From assembly GCA_004431415.1 (NCBI GenBank), contig QPMI01000334.1, positions 1 through 55,007 on the forward strand: DNA of 55,007 nt, written 5' to 3'. Below are positions 1-12,435 of the stretch, one piece after another. Every line of letters begins with the position of its first letter. Positions within the stretch are counted from its first letter, which is position 1. A program made the position numbers and the translations under genes. The stretch is from Cyanophora paradoxa CCMP329 (lineage: Eukaryota; Plantae; Glaucophyta). Under the pieces are notes generated by a model. It was not told the origin of the DNA. It saw only the letters and a list, made by a program, of their open reading frames with translations, and did not search any database.

Positions 1-3000
1 AGCATCCGCACCGGCAAACGACCGCACCTCGGCCCGAGCGGCCGAAAGCATGATCTCCGAGGCGCCCGGCAGCCCGCGACCACGACCGCGAGGGCGAGTG
101 CGAGGGCGAAGAGCTCGCTGCGCTCGGATCGAAAGAGAAGAAATATGCGCGACAGCAAACGACCGCACCTGCGCCCGAGCGGCCGCAAGCATGAACTCCG
201 AGGCCGATCCCAGCAGCCGCCGGGCCACACGTCCGGAAAGCGGCACGCGCTGCGCTGCGCACGCCGCCGGCGTTACAACAAGATCAAAGGGCGAGCAGTG
301 GAGACAAGAGCGAGCACCTGGCCTGCGGAAGAAGGCGCCGGGCGAACTGGGCGGTGGTGTTCTGCTCGCGGGGACCAGTCACGCCCGCTCCCTGGCCCGC
401 CAGCGAAATGAGGGATTGAATCAAAGGAGAGGAAACGAAAAGCACCTTGCTTCGCCTCCGCAGCCGCCGCCTACGTTCCGCGCGTGCCTGTCAGCGGCAG
501 AACGCCCACTGGCGACAGCCGCGGGAGGAATGGTCAAAAAAGGCAACAAGGAGGTCGACAGCGATGTGTTCGCGAGCGTTCGCGGCCGCAACCGGGCGCC
601 AGCCACCCTGAAGCAGCGCTCTGCGTTTGAAATCAGGCGGGCGACAGGCGGCGAGAGGCGCCAGGGGATGCAAGAGAGTACCTTCGAGCATCGTTCGCGC
701 TGGAAGCCGACGAAGTTCGCTGCGGCGGCAGCAAGTCCGTTCGACCTGGTTTGAAAAGCCGAATCAGAGACGCGGGCAGCGCTGCGAGACCCCGGAGGAG
801 CCAACGAACCGAGCCGCTGTGAGAGCAAAGCGCGTTCATGTGGCAGCCTTCCTTCGAGGCTGCAGCTGGCAGCAAGGAACTTTTGGGTAGCAAGTTTGGG
901 GTACACGACTGTTCGGAAAAGGGGCCACCGCGGCCGGGCCACCGCGGCGGTCGCGCCGCAGTACAGCTTTTCAAGGCCGCCTGGAAGCGATTGCCAACGG
1001 CTCGACCTGGCCCTCGGTCCGGAGCGCCTCCCGCTGCGGCACCTTGGCGCGTGCTCGCAGCACGCAGTGCGAGGCAGCTACAAGCACGTGAGCTTGTAAC
1101 CATGGGTCCAGCTCCCCCGTAGCGTCGTCCCTGCGCCGCGCCGATCCACAGCTAGATCGACCGGGCCCGCAACCCGCGCTGGGTGACTTCGCCGTGCTGG
1201 CCGGTTCTTTGCGTGCCTGTCAGCTCACTTACATCCGCAGTATCTCTACCAGACAGCCCCGCAGTCGATTTGGAGGGTTGAGGTGCACGCCGGCCGGCGG
1301 AGCTCTCTCACATGTTTCGGTGCATAGCGCGTCCCTCTAAGATGCTCACGCAGTGCCTCTGACTCTGGACTGGCCGGGCGCTGCGTGAGCGCGCGGACCG
1401 ACGCAACCTCCCGATCGGCGGTCGCCTCGGGTGCGCCTGCCAAGCACAGCATTTGGCCAGCGACGCGTGAGCGCTTAGCTGACGAGGCCCAGATCGCCAG
1501 GATGGGTGAGCCGCCTCGGATCGTCGCAGTTTGGGAGATATTCTTCTACACTGCCTGGGTGAGCCGGCTGGGCCCGTTCGCGTCGCTGACGGGATGCGTA
1601 CGCGTCCCTGACGGGGCGCGCTGGTAACACAGGATACAGGAAGACGCCGCGTGAAGCCCATGGGCTGGGGTGCGGCGGTTGGCGACGCCGCTCACGGGGC
1701 GGGGCGGATCCGGAGGCGCGGCAGGCGGCCGCGTGAATTCCAGGAAAGGGCGGAGGCGCTTCCTGCGGCGCTGCAGCTCGCGGAGGCGGGCGGGCGGCCG
1801 GAGGCGCTGTGCGTGCGGCGCGGCTCGCCGGGTGGGCAGAGGCGCGGCGGGCGGCCGCGCAGCTCGCCAGGCGGGCCGGGGCGCGGCGGGCGGCGGCGTG
1901 GCTCGCGAGGCGTGACGGAGGCGCGGCAGGAGGCGGAGGCAGCTCGCCGGCCGGGCGGAGGCGCGGCGGGCGGCCGCAAGGCTCCGCCGGGCAGGCAGAG
2001 GCGCGGCGGGCGGCCGCTCGGCTCGCCAGGCGGGCGGGGGCGCGGCGGCGGCGGCGCGGCTCGCGAGGCGTGACGGAGGCGCGGCTCGCGAGGCGTGACG
2101 GAGGCGCGCAGGAGGCGGAGCAGCTCGCTGGGCCGGCGGAGGCGCGGCGGGCGGCCGCGAGGCTCCGCTGGGCGGGCGGAGGCGCCGCGGGCGGCCGCGA
2201 GGCTCCGCTGGGCGGGGCGGAGGCGCGGCGGCGGCAGCGGCGGCTCACGGGGCGGGACGGAGGCGCGGCGGCGGCCGCAAGGCTCGCCAGGCAGGCGGAG
2301 GCGCGGCGGGCGGCCGCGAGGCTCCGCTGGCGGGGCGGAGGCGCGGCGGGCGGCCGCGAGGCTCCGCTTGGCGGGGCGGAGGTGCGGCGGCGGCAGCGGC
2401 GGCTCGCGGGGCGGGACGGAGGCGCGGCAGGAGGCGGAGTCAGCTCGCCGGGCCGGGCGGAGGCGCGGCGGCGGCCGCGAGGCTCCGCCGGGCGGGGCAG
2501 AGGCGCGGCGGCGGCCGCGAGGCTCCGCTGGCGGGGTGGAGGCGCGGCGGGCGGCGCGGTGGCTCGCGGGCGGGACAGAGGCGCGGCGGGCGGCGGCGAG
2601 GCTCCGCTGGGCGGGCGGAGGCGCGGCGGGCGGCCGCGAGGCTCGCCAGGCGGGCCGGGGGCGCGGCGGGCGGCGGCGCGGCTCGCCGGGCGAGACTGTG
2701 GCGCCGCGGGCGGCCGCGCGGCTCACGAGGCGTGGCGGAGGCGCGGCGGGCGGCCGCGCAGCTCGCGGAGCGGGGTGGATGCTTGGGGCGGCGGCAAGGC
2801 TCGCCGGGCGGGGCAGACGCTCGGGTGGATGCTTGGGGCGCGGCAAGGCTCGCCGGCGGGGCAGACGCTCGGCTGGCTGCGGCGCGCCTCGCGGGCCGGG
2901 CGGAGGCGCGGCGGGCGGCGGCGCGGCTCGCTGGGCGGGCGGAGGCGTGGCGGCAGCGGTGGCGGCTCGCCGGGCCGGGTGGAGGTGCGGCAGGCGGTGG

Positions 3001-3260
3001 AGGCAGCTCGCCGGGCCGGCGGAGGCGTGGCGGGCGGCGGCGCGGCTCGTGGGGCGGCCGGAGGCGCGGCGCGCGGCAGCGCGACTCGCCGGGAGGGCCA
3101 GAGGGGCGGCGGGCGGCGGTGCGCAGGCGTGGCGGCCGGCTGCGCGGCTCGCGGGCAGGGCGGAGGCGTGGCGGGTGCCGGCGCGGCTCCTGGGGCGGGG
3201 CGGAGGCTCAGCGTGCAGCGGAACGGCCCGCCGGGCGGGGTGGAGGCGCGGCGGAGGCTC
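1..3260 (+). repeat. Left arm of a large inverted repeat (truncated by window start)
   Basis: 1-55 is the near-exact reverse complement of 6761-6815. Mirror ORFs pair up (421..942- with 5874..6395+; 633..1103- with 5713..6183+; 1246..1452- with 5361..5567+). Confidence 0.97.
1790..3260 (+). repeat. GC-rich degenerate minisatellite (~40 bp unit, e.g. GGCGGAGGCGCGGCGGGCGGCCGCGAGGCTCCGCTGGGCG), G-rich strand
   Basis: Recurrent GGAGGCGCGGCGG and GGCTCGC motifs. The Ala/Arg/Gly ORFs here are artefacts. Confidence 0.92.
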
Positions 3261-3313
3261 GTGGGGAAGCCTGCAGATGCTCGCTCTGTACCGTAGTACT
3301 CTTGCATAGATAT

Positions 3314-4042
3314 GCTCAGCGCTAAGACTTCGCACTTCTTTGCACATGAGTCTCTAGCTGCCATCAAAAGAATATATATATATATGTATGTCGGGGCTTT
3401 TACGAGAAGATCAGGGCTCCCGGGCATTGCGGCGGGGACGAACAACTCCCTTATAGCTATAGGGTTTCTTTCGAGATCAATTTTGAGAGCCGATTTCCAG
3501 TCTGCCCGTGCCTTTCCAGCTCAGATACCAACGGATAAGAGTCATTTGATAGCGTGCTAGATAGGGTCTCAACGTGACTACCGGCTGCCGGGCTTCTCTT
3601 CGCATTTCCTGGCGCACAGGAAGGCCTCAAAATGCCCGCCAAAAATAATGGCGACTCGCCCTGCAAAATAATGCACGGCGCGCTAAGAGCTAGCTTGCGG
3701 CCTGCGCCGACCTCAAAATCAAATCCAGCACTGTCAAGAACCCCCAAAAGCGTCTCATCGCCCGGATGTAACTTGTCAGATAAGATGCTATCCTTGGTGA
3801 TTTCTGTCGTCGAGGCCTCTTCGGGGCAAGTTGACAGTCTCGGAGAGCCCGCTTGACCTGACGCCGCTCCATCATCTGGGTCCGCGACTGACTCCACATT
3901 TGCACCCCGCCCATTTCGAGGGTGGGGAATCCGAATCTGAAGTTCTCGTCAGCTCGTCCGTTCTCAGATGCTCAGCGCGGCGAGTTCGCACTTCTTTGCA
4001 CATAATCATGATCATGAGTCTTTAGCTGCCATCAAAAGAATA
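3314..4042 (-). repeat. Palindrome spacer: one unit (plus ~60 bp terminal redundancy) of a ~0.66-0.70 kb repeat family
   Basis: CGCACTTCTTTGCACA...TAGCTGCCATCAAAAGAATA occurs at ~3331-3374 and ~3987-4042. The interior is a diverged reverse-complement homolog of 15878-16575 (e.g. GCAGGGCGAGTCGCCAT, GGCTCTCAAAATTGATC). Confidence 0.85.
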
Positions 4043-4074
4043 CTGGGTTACTGGGACATGTGAGCGCCCGGATG

Positions 4075-5020
4075 TTCTCCGCCTCGCAAGCCGCAAGCCG
4101 CGCCGCAGCCCGCCACGCCTCCCCCCCCGCTCCGTGAGCGGCCCAAACCGCCCTCCGCGCCTCCGCCACGCCCCGCGAGCCGCCGCCGCTGCCCACCGCG
4201 CCTCCGCCCCGCCCAGCGGAGCCTCGCGGCCGCCCGCCCCGCCTCCGGCCCGCCTGACGAGCCTTGCGGCCGCCCGCCGCGCCTCCGTCCCGCCCCGTGA
4301 GCCGCCGCCGCCGCCACCGCGCCTCCGCCCCGCCCAGCGGAGCCTCGCAGCCGCCCGCCGCGCCTCCGCCCCGCCCAGCGGAGCCTCGCGGCCGCCCGCC
4401 GCGCCTCCGCCCGGCCCAGCGAGCCGCCCCCGCCGCCCGCCGCGCCTCCGCCCCGCCCAGCGGAGCCTCGCGGCCGCCCGCCGCGCCTCCGCCCCGCCCA
4501 GCGGAGCCTCGCGGCCGCCCGCCGCGCCTCCGGCCCGCCTGGCGAGCTGCCTCCGCCTCCTGCCGCGCCTCCGTCACGCCTCGCGAGCTGCGCCGCCGCC
4601 CGCCGCGCCCCGGCCCGCCTGGCGAGCTGCGCGGCCGCCCGCCGCGCCTCTGCCCCGCCCGGCAGAGCCTCGCGGCCGCCTGCCACGCCTCCGCCCGGCC
4701 CGGCGAGCTGCCTCCGCCTCCTGTCCCGCCTCCGTCACGCCTCGTGAGCTGCGCCGCTGCCCGCCGCGCCCCGGCCCGCCTGGCGAGCCGCGCGGCCCCC
4801 GCCGCGCCTCTGCCCCGCCCGGCGGAGCCTCGCGGCCGCCCGTCGCGCCTCCGCCCGGCCCGGCGAGCTGCCTCCGCCTCCTGCCGCGCCTCCGTCACGC
4901 CTCGCGAGCCGCGCCGCTGCCCGCCGCGCCCCCGGCCCGCCTGGCGAGCTGCGCGGCCGCCCGCCGCGCCTCTGCCCCGCCCGGCGAGCCGCGCCGCCAC
5001 GCACAGCGCCTCCGGCCGCC
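4075..5020 (-). repeat. Same GC-rich minisatellite, inverted, shorter array
   Basis: CCGCCGCGCCTCCG and GCGAGCC motifs, reverse complement of the units in 1790-3260. Confidence 0.92.
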
Positions 5021-6815
5021 CGCCCGCCTCCGCGAGCTGCAGCGCCGCAGCAAGCTCCTCCGCCCTTTCCTGGAATTCACCGGGCCGCCTGCCGCGCCTC
5101 CAGATCCGCCCCGCCCCGCGAGCGGCGTCGCCAACTGCCGCACCCCAGCCCATGGGCTTCACGCGGCGTCTTCCGGTATCCTGTGTTACCGGCGCGCCCT
5201 GTCAGCGACGCGTACGCGTCCCGTCAGCGACGCGAACGGGCCCAGCCGGCTCACCCAGGCAGTGTAGAAGAATGTCTCCCAAACTGCGACGATCCGAGGC
5301 GGCTCACCCATCCTGGCGATCTGGGCCTCGTCAGCTACGCGCTCGCGCGTCGCTGGCCAAATGCTGTGCTTGGCAGGCGCACCCGAGGCGACCGCCGATC
5401 GGGAGGTTGCATCGGTCCGCGCGCTCACGCAGCGCCCGGCCAGTCCAGAGTCAGAGGCACTGCGTGAGCATCTTAGAGGGACGCGCTATGCACCGAAACA
5501 TGTGAGAGAGCTCCGCCGGCCGGCGTGCACCTCAACCCTCCAAATCGACCGCGGGGCTGTCTGGTAGAGATACTGCGGATGTAAGTGAGCTGACAGGCAC
5601 GCAAAGAACCCGGCCAGCACGGCGAAGTCACCCAGCGCGGGGTTGCGGGCCCGGTCGATCTAGCTGTGGATCGGCGCGGCGCAGGGACGACGCTACGGGG
5701 GGAGCTGGACCCATGGTTACAAGCTCACGTGCTTGTAGCTGCCTCGCACTGCGTGCTGCGAGCACGCGCCAAGGTGCCGCAGCGGGAGGCGCTCCGGACC
5801 GAGGGCCAGGTCGAGCCGTTGGCAATCGCTTCCAGGCGGCCTTGAAAAGCTGTACTGCGGCGCGACCGCCGCGGTGGCCCGGCCGCGGTGGCCCCTTTTC
5901 CGAACAGTCGTGTACCCCAAACTTGCTACCCAAAAGTTCCTTGCTGCCAGCTGCAGCCTCGAAGGAAGGCTGCCACGCGAACGCGCTTCGCTCTCACAGC
6001 GGCTCGGTTCGTTGGCTCCTCCAGGGTCTCGCAGCGCTGCCCGCGTCTCTGATTCGGCTTTTCAAACCAGGTCGAACGGACTTGCTGCCGCCGCAGCGAA
6101 CTTCGTCGGCTTCGAGCGCGAACGATGCTCGAAGGTACTCTCTTGCATCCCCTGGCGCCTCTCGCCGCCTGTCGCCCGCCTGATTTCAAACGCAGAGCGC
6201 TGCTTCAGGGTGGCTGGCGCCCGGTTGCGGCCACGAACGCTCGCGAACGCATCGCTGTCGACCTCCTTGTTGCCTTTTTTGACCATTCCTCCCGCGGCTG
6301 TCGCCAGTGGGCGTTCTGCCGCTGACAGGCACGCGCGGAACATAGGCGGCGGCTGCGGAGGCGAAGCAAGGTGCTTTTCGTTTCCTCTCCTTTGATTCAA
6401 TCCCTCATTTCGCTGGCGGGCCAGGGAGCGGGCGTGACTGGTCCCCGCGAGCAGAACACCACCGCCCAGTTCGCCCGGCGCCTTCTTTCGCAGGCCAGGT
6501 GCTCGCTCTTGTCTCCACTGCTTGCCCTTTGATCTTGTTGTAACGCCGGCGGCGTGCGCAGCGCAGCGCGTGCCGCTTTCCGGACGTGTGGCCCGGCGGC
6601 TGCTGGGATCGGCCTCGGAGTTCATGCTTGCGGCCGCTCGGGCGCAGGTGCGGTCGTTTGCTGTCGCGCATATTTCTTCTCTTTCGATCCGAGCGCAGCG
6701 AGCTCTTCACCCTCGCCCTCGCCCTCGCGGTCACGGTCGCGGGCTGCCGGGCGCCTCGGAGATCATGCTTTCGGCCGCTCGGGCCGAGGTGCGGTCGTTT
6801 GCCGGCGCGGATGCT
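4075..6815 (-). repeat. Right arm of the large inverted repeat
   Basis: Reverse complement of 1-~1800 plus a shorter version of the GC minisatellite, with scattered substitutions only. Confidence 0.97.
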
Positions 6816-7621
6816 TCTTTTCTTTCGATTGACTCTCCAAGCGCAGCGAGCGCGTCGCTCTCGCCATCTGCGGACGCGGAGCGATTGCAAGCTGATCTTC
6901 TGCCTCCTCTCCTCGCCGAGGTGCATAGCCGCCTGCGTGCCGGCCTTTTCCTCTTTCTATTCGATTTAAGCTCTCGCTCACCGCGATGCGCATGGCCCAG
7001 CGAGGGCGGCGAGGTGCAGAACGACCTGGTGCGGGCCGCATTGCTTCACCCGTTATCCTCCGGCTTATGACTCGCCCTTTGTTTCCTAGCAACTAGGGAC
7101 GAACGACTAATTGAAGCCGCGCGTGAGCGGACGGCGTCGGGCTGGAGCGCGTGCGGCTGCATCCGAGCGCGTGCGGCTGCATTTGCAGGACTAGGCAGCA
7201 GGGCTAGGCCAGAGTAGGGATCATATTTGCGATGTGACAGCATGTATGCATAGGTGTGTGCATGCAGATCATGAATTAGGCGGCCCGCACGATATGTGAA
7301 AATAAGTGGCCTGCAGATCAACTAATTTATATAGATGCAAAAAGCCAATGCCAGATGTACATGTGTTCTGGCCCGCCTATAGCTAGTCATGGGCCGTCAG
7401 GGCCTATATATAGCTATATAGGCTATAGTATAGCTGACCTAGGCCTAGGCCTGTGCATGCGACCTGCATGCGCAGCTGGATATTGATCCCCCGGATCCTC
7501 CACTAGTACTGGCTCAATATTTATACAAGATAATAAACAAATCAATAATCTTAATATGAAGAATATTAATCAATTTATCGACAAACCTGGCGATATATCA
7601 ATATATAATAATATATCAAGT

Positions 7622-7817
7622 ATCGACAGATTTTGTCGACCGATTCTGTCGGAGAGTCTGTCGATAAAATTCGACAGAATCGGTCGACCGATTCTGGCAC
7701 AGAATCAGTAGATCGACAGAGTTGGTCGATCGACTGATTTTGTCGACCGACTCTGTCACAGAGTCAGTCGATAAAATTCGACAGAATCAGTCGACCGATT
7801 CTGGCGCAGAATCGATG
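7622..7817. repeat. TCGA-dense ~107 bp tandem duplication next to an AT-rich tract
   Basis: TTTTGTCGACCGA.TCTGTC...GTCGATAAAATTCGACAGAATC.GTCGACCGATTCTGGC.CAGAATC at ~7631 and ~7738. AT-rich 7515-7620. Confidence 0.85.
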
Positions 7818-9645
7818 ATCGCTGCAGGGCAAGTCCAAGGCGCTTCTCCAAAGAACACACTCTTGTCCAACTCCGAGTCGATTGGCGACGAGCGAACTGC
7901 TGACAGTTGAGCCGAATCTCTCGCAGGGGACTGCTGTCGATCAACGATCTGATGGCAACAATGAAAAGGGACCACCAGCTGAGTCTGCAATATGATGATA
8001 TGTGATCTGCCTGCAATATGACGACAAGTGCTGACTCTGCTGCGGCGTACAGAGACGCGACATCTGTGACTGCGGAGTAGATAGACGCGATTTTCGATGT
8101 GATGAGTCTTAAACGGTACTTCAGGAAGCTCAAACTACGGGCAAGCATCGACTGCAGACCAGCGTGCTGCTGGCAGCCGAAAGCATCTGCAAATCTTTTA
8201 GAGACAAGCACCAAGGCCAGCAGACTCCACATAGCGCCCCAGGGCGTGTCTGCGGGGGCGAACGCTCAGATATGCCAATTTGCAAAACCGCATTTGAGCC
8301 AATTTGCAAAACCGTTTGAGGAGCAACGAACCAGACTGCAGATTTGATAAGAAGGCAAAACCGAAGACGAGGTACCAGCGTACGCCGCCGCCGAGACCAC
8401 AGAACATTGCGCCTGGGGACTGCCCCATAAGCGGATACGCGTACGCGTGAGATACGTGGCCTGCTGCAGATACGCTGCAGATACGCGTGGCTGGCTACGA
8501 AGCGGCAGCTGCTCGGCTCAGCTGCACCTCGGCAGCTCAAATCGCAGAGCCCCTCAGCAGCTGACGAGCTGGAAGTTCAAACCTGCTCGGCAGCTGCAAA
8601 AAAGCCCAGCTACTTGGGCAACTGGAGAGGCCCAGCGAGACCGAGAAGCCCAAGCAACTACGACAAGCCGTACCCCTCCCGTCTTCCTCCCCTCCCACGT
8701 CGCCGTCCGAAACATCTTGAAGCCCGTCCGAACCGGGAGCTCAGGAGAAAAATGAATGGTGCCTCGAAAGATCCCAGTATGAATTCGCCGCCGAGGCCGC
8801 CGAGGCTGAATTCCGAAGTTCGGCGCCGCCGCGGCGCGGCGCATGCATATGCACAATCGCGCCATGCATATGCCGGCGCCCGAATATTATGTGCGCATTA
8901 TTTAGTGAACTAAATATTTTCGCAGCTGTACCGCCTTTTCCCATCCGCCCAGCGCTGTGATCAAGGAGAAACTTCGCAAGCTCCAACGTCAATTTAGCGT
9001 GTCTGTTGGTGCTTGCAGGTGCATAACTATAATTATAATTATAATCGTATTGCTTGCCTAGCCTGGCCTCGCGCCTTTCGAATTGGACGTCGTCGACGTC
9101 GTCAGGTACAGAGCAGCCCTCCTGGAGGAGTTCAACATGCTTGTGCCGCTCAAGACGGCCAGCCGCTTTAATTGTTTCCCTGAACCATCGATATCGATTT
9201 CCCTGATCATCGGACCCCTCTTCAGGTAGCGCGCCTGCTCAAGGAAATCGATTGATGCAAGGCACTGCCTTCCATCATCTACTGCTTCGATCAGCAATAC
9301 TAGGAATACTAGTATTGTGATGCAAGGGCCGGGATCAGTGGCAATACTAGCTTCAGGCTTGCGCTTGTGTATCTGACCGGTATCCAAATATATACACCTA
9401 GAGACGTCAACGTGCTTTCATTCGGAATATTTGCTAGTTTGAGTATACGTCGACAGGACGTCGACAGGTATACGTGCGTATACAGAGCAGCCCTCCGGAT
9501 CCTGGAGGAGTTCAATTTGCTGGCTTGAGTACGAATGGATCTGGCCAAAAGGGGCACATTGAATGGCAGAAGCATGCTTGGATCGGATGTTCTTTTGCCA
9601 TGGCCCATTATTATGATAACGCTCAGCCCATGGCAATGATTATGA

Positions 9646-9748
9646 GAACGCTCAGCCTTTTCAAGAAGAAGAAGAGGTTTCAACAGATGACTAACCTACA
9701 CGAAAAGGGCTGATCATGAGCTACACGGTTCTTGTTCTTGAAAAAAGA
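9646..9748 (+). repeat. ~100 bp direct repeat, copy 1
   Basis: GAACGCTCAGCCTTTTCAAG...GTTCTTGAAAAAAGA is near-identical to 15776-15876. Confidence 0.95.
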
Positions 9749-9859
9749 AGGTTGAAAGGCTAGACGGTTCAAAGGTTGAAATAAGAAGAGACTGCGGTTC
9801 AAGAAGGTTGAAATAAAAAGAGACTGCGGTTCAAGAATATGGTCTGCGACGGCTGGATC

Positions 9860-10781
9860 AGTGAGAGCGAATCAATTGCAAGCCAATTGGAAAAAAGCAC
9901 CACCCCTGCCTGTACTGGTGCGGCTTCTTGACGCCACCAGCAGCAGGACCAGAACGGATAGCTCGGGAAGAGTATCTGCAGCTATTCTCGTCGAGGTACG
10001 GGACAAGTGCGACTTCTGGCCACTCGGCACTCTTGGTGACGTAGTAGTATCCATGCCGGAAGTCAGCCTGCAAATGAGCAGCGTCGGATAACTTGCATGA
10101 GCTCGCACTGCAGCGCCTCGCACCGTCTGGCTGATCTGCTCGAAAAGCTTCTCGCACTCGTCGTAGTAGAACAGTCGCAGATCCTGCACGGCCACTCCGA
10201 CAATGCCGAGCGTTCGAATCGCCTCGTGCAACAAGGCCGCTGGCCAGTTGTTGGCCGGGTCTACTGTCACTCACACGGGCCCTGTGCGCGCGAGGTCAGG
10301 GGTCGACTTGATACGCGGCGCGTCGGCTCGACTACGATCAGGCTCATAACGTACCGGTTGTGGTTGTTATCCCGGAGAAGCTGCAGTCCCCTAGGATCAG
10401 AACTCCACGTCGTTCGGAGTTCGACGGGTCCATGTCGAAAGTCTCCCTGTTGAACCGCCGGATGAGCGCTGTCATTGCAGAGCACAGAAAGTCCCAGAGA
10501 AGAATACAAGTGCACGCCAGCCGGTGCCAGAGGCGTGCGCTGAGAGCCGACGGCGGCGGGGCGGGGCCCTGTTCGGGTGCCGGGAGGTCCAGCACGGCAG
10601 AGCGCGAGTATTTCCCAGAGTCCGATACTATATTAGGCGCTTCCCGTCGACTCTTGACCTGGGCTGCCTTCTCTAGCTCCTGCTGCGTCGCTCGAGCTCG
10701 TCGGGCCGCCTCGATTCTGTGCTTCTGATTGTTGCCCCGTGGAGCATTCGCCATCCATGTGATCTCTTCGTCCTCCTCCAT
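9860..10781 (-). CDS. Multi-exon hypothetical protein
   Basis: Protein-like segments separated by GT..AG introns: MEEDEEITWMANAPRG..., FNRETFDMDPSNSERRGVLILGD, VDPANNWPAALLHEAIRTLGIVGVAVQDLRLFYYDECEKLFEQ. No family recognised. Confidence 0.5.
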
Positions 10782-11334
10782 GGTAGTGTCGGCGGGCTCG
10801 GCCCGCCTCGGCGGCCTCCCCAAAGTAGGGGTACGCCCACCCCACGCCAGCACAATGTAGTCGGAGAGGAGAGGAGAAGTCCACAAGTCCGCAAGTCCGG
10901 AAAGTAGTCGGCACGATGTAGTCGGACCACGCAGATCGACTGGTGATGTGCTGTGCTCGCGCACAGTTGATTGGTGCGCTTTCAGCCTCTCTGAGGGCCT
11001 CTTAGAGCAAACAAGCTCTGCAATAACAGCAAGGTCGCAGCAATAACAGCGGCAACAAGGACAGCGGCAACCAGAAGATTCCTCGTTGTCTTTCGTCCAT
11101 CTTCCCACAATGGGAGTGCGCTCGAGCGCTCTTTACGAGGAGTCAAAAGCCAACGAGTCAAGTTCGCCCTCCCCTCCCTTCCTGACGCTCAGGGCCTGAC
11201 GGCACTAGCTCTCTGCAGAGCATTACGTGCTGCGCAAATGCGCTCAGGGCCTCGGCCTCTTCCTCAGGAAAGATTGCTGGGGCGTCGGCGCTCGCCGGCT
11301 CTCGGAAGCAATTCTATTCCTGACCGCCGCCAGT

Positions 11335-12211
11335 ATGGCGGCGATCCTCTACGCGCGGAATGACAAGGGCAACCTGCTCCCAGCCAATCAGCTGCCTTAC
11401 CGGACGCTGTCTATGGCGATCAGCCCTGGCGCCGCCGTTATCGTGCCTTTCGAGCACGCCGCGTTCCCGGCTGAGAGCCTGGTATCCCAGAAGGGGCGCC
11501 CTCTGCCGCACGTACCGAAGTTGGGAGAGCCGATCGTCATGCTGGAGGACCGCCTGCATCCGTACATGTGGACGCGCCGCACGCTGGTCCGCGCGCGCAG
11601 CGCCGGCGTGCGCGCGGCGAGCGTCGCTGACCGCCCGCGCAGCCCAACGGGACCTTCGAGTTCGAGAAGCTGGCGACCAGCGAGTACGCAATCGACAAAG
11701 ATTTCTACGTCGTGGAGGGCGGGGAAATCGTGCCTGTGCGCGGCTGTATCTCGGCGCCGCGCACCGCGCCATGCCTGCCGCCTCTGATTTACGGCTTGGC
11801 AGATGCGGGAAGAGGCTTCGATCACGGCGACCACAACCGCGGGACTCGGCGCGTACGTCAACGACCTGGCGATGGACGAGCACACCGATGAGGGCTCCTA
11901 CAACCAGCGGGAGAGCAATGAGTTGACAGCTGCCTACGCAGTCATCTTCGGCGGCGACGACCAGCACAAGCTCCGGCCGGTCAACGTGGCGGTCGTCCCG
12001 CGGCTCCCCATCGGCCCGGGCCAGCAGGTCTCGGTCGCCTACGGATGGCCGTACTGGTGGGCCGACTCCTCCATCTGTTTTTCTTTTTCACCCTCTCGGA
12101 TTGCGCCTGACGTCCGTAATTAGGAAGGACCACTTCAAGGCAATCTTCAGGCGCAGCATGAAAGCCGTTACCGCCGCGCTCCGCGTGCCAAAGCTGCCAC
12201 GGGCGTTGTAG
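11335..12211 (+). CDS. Stand-alone SET-domain protein (putative lysine methyltransferase), about 4 exons
   Basis: C-terminal SET signature GLGAYVND...NVAVVPRLPIGPGQQVSVAYGWPYW (compare INH...A.RDI.xGEELxxxYG..YW). Introns at ~11587-11642, ~11730-11802 and ~12057-12123. Last exon KDHFKAIFRRSMKAVTAALRVPKLPRAL*. Confidence 0.7.
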
Positions 12212-12435
12212 GCTGCTGTCTCCCGTCACCCTTCGTCCTGCCCCCTCCCTCAGCTATGTCAAGCCCTCTCCCTCCCTTCTTCTCACACCAATACTCAAAC
12301 CTGCGTGGAACTTGTGTGCCTGAGCAGCATGCATGTTGCACATTTTGGGTTTCGAAAGGTTTAAAAAGAAACAGGAGAGATGGAGCCGATCATGGAGGGT
12401 GGGATGATTTGCTGGAGGGGAGGAACCATGATGCT

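Noticed and set aside
1475-5505. Long 250-550 aa Ala/Arg/Gly/Pro ORFs
   Set aside because: Stop-free by-products of the GC minisatellite, open in several frames on both strands.
7756-8740. Possible membrane-protein exons on the minus strand
   Set aside because: No consistent spliced frame or recognisable family could be built.
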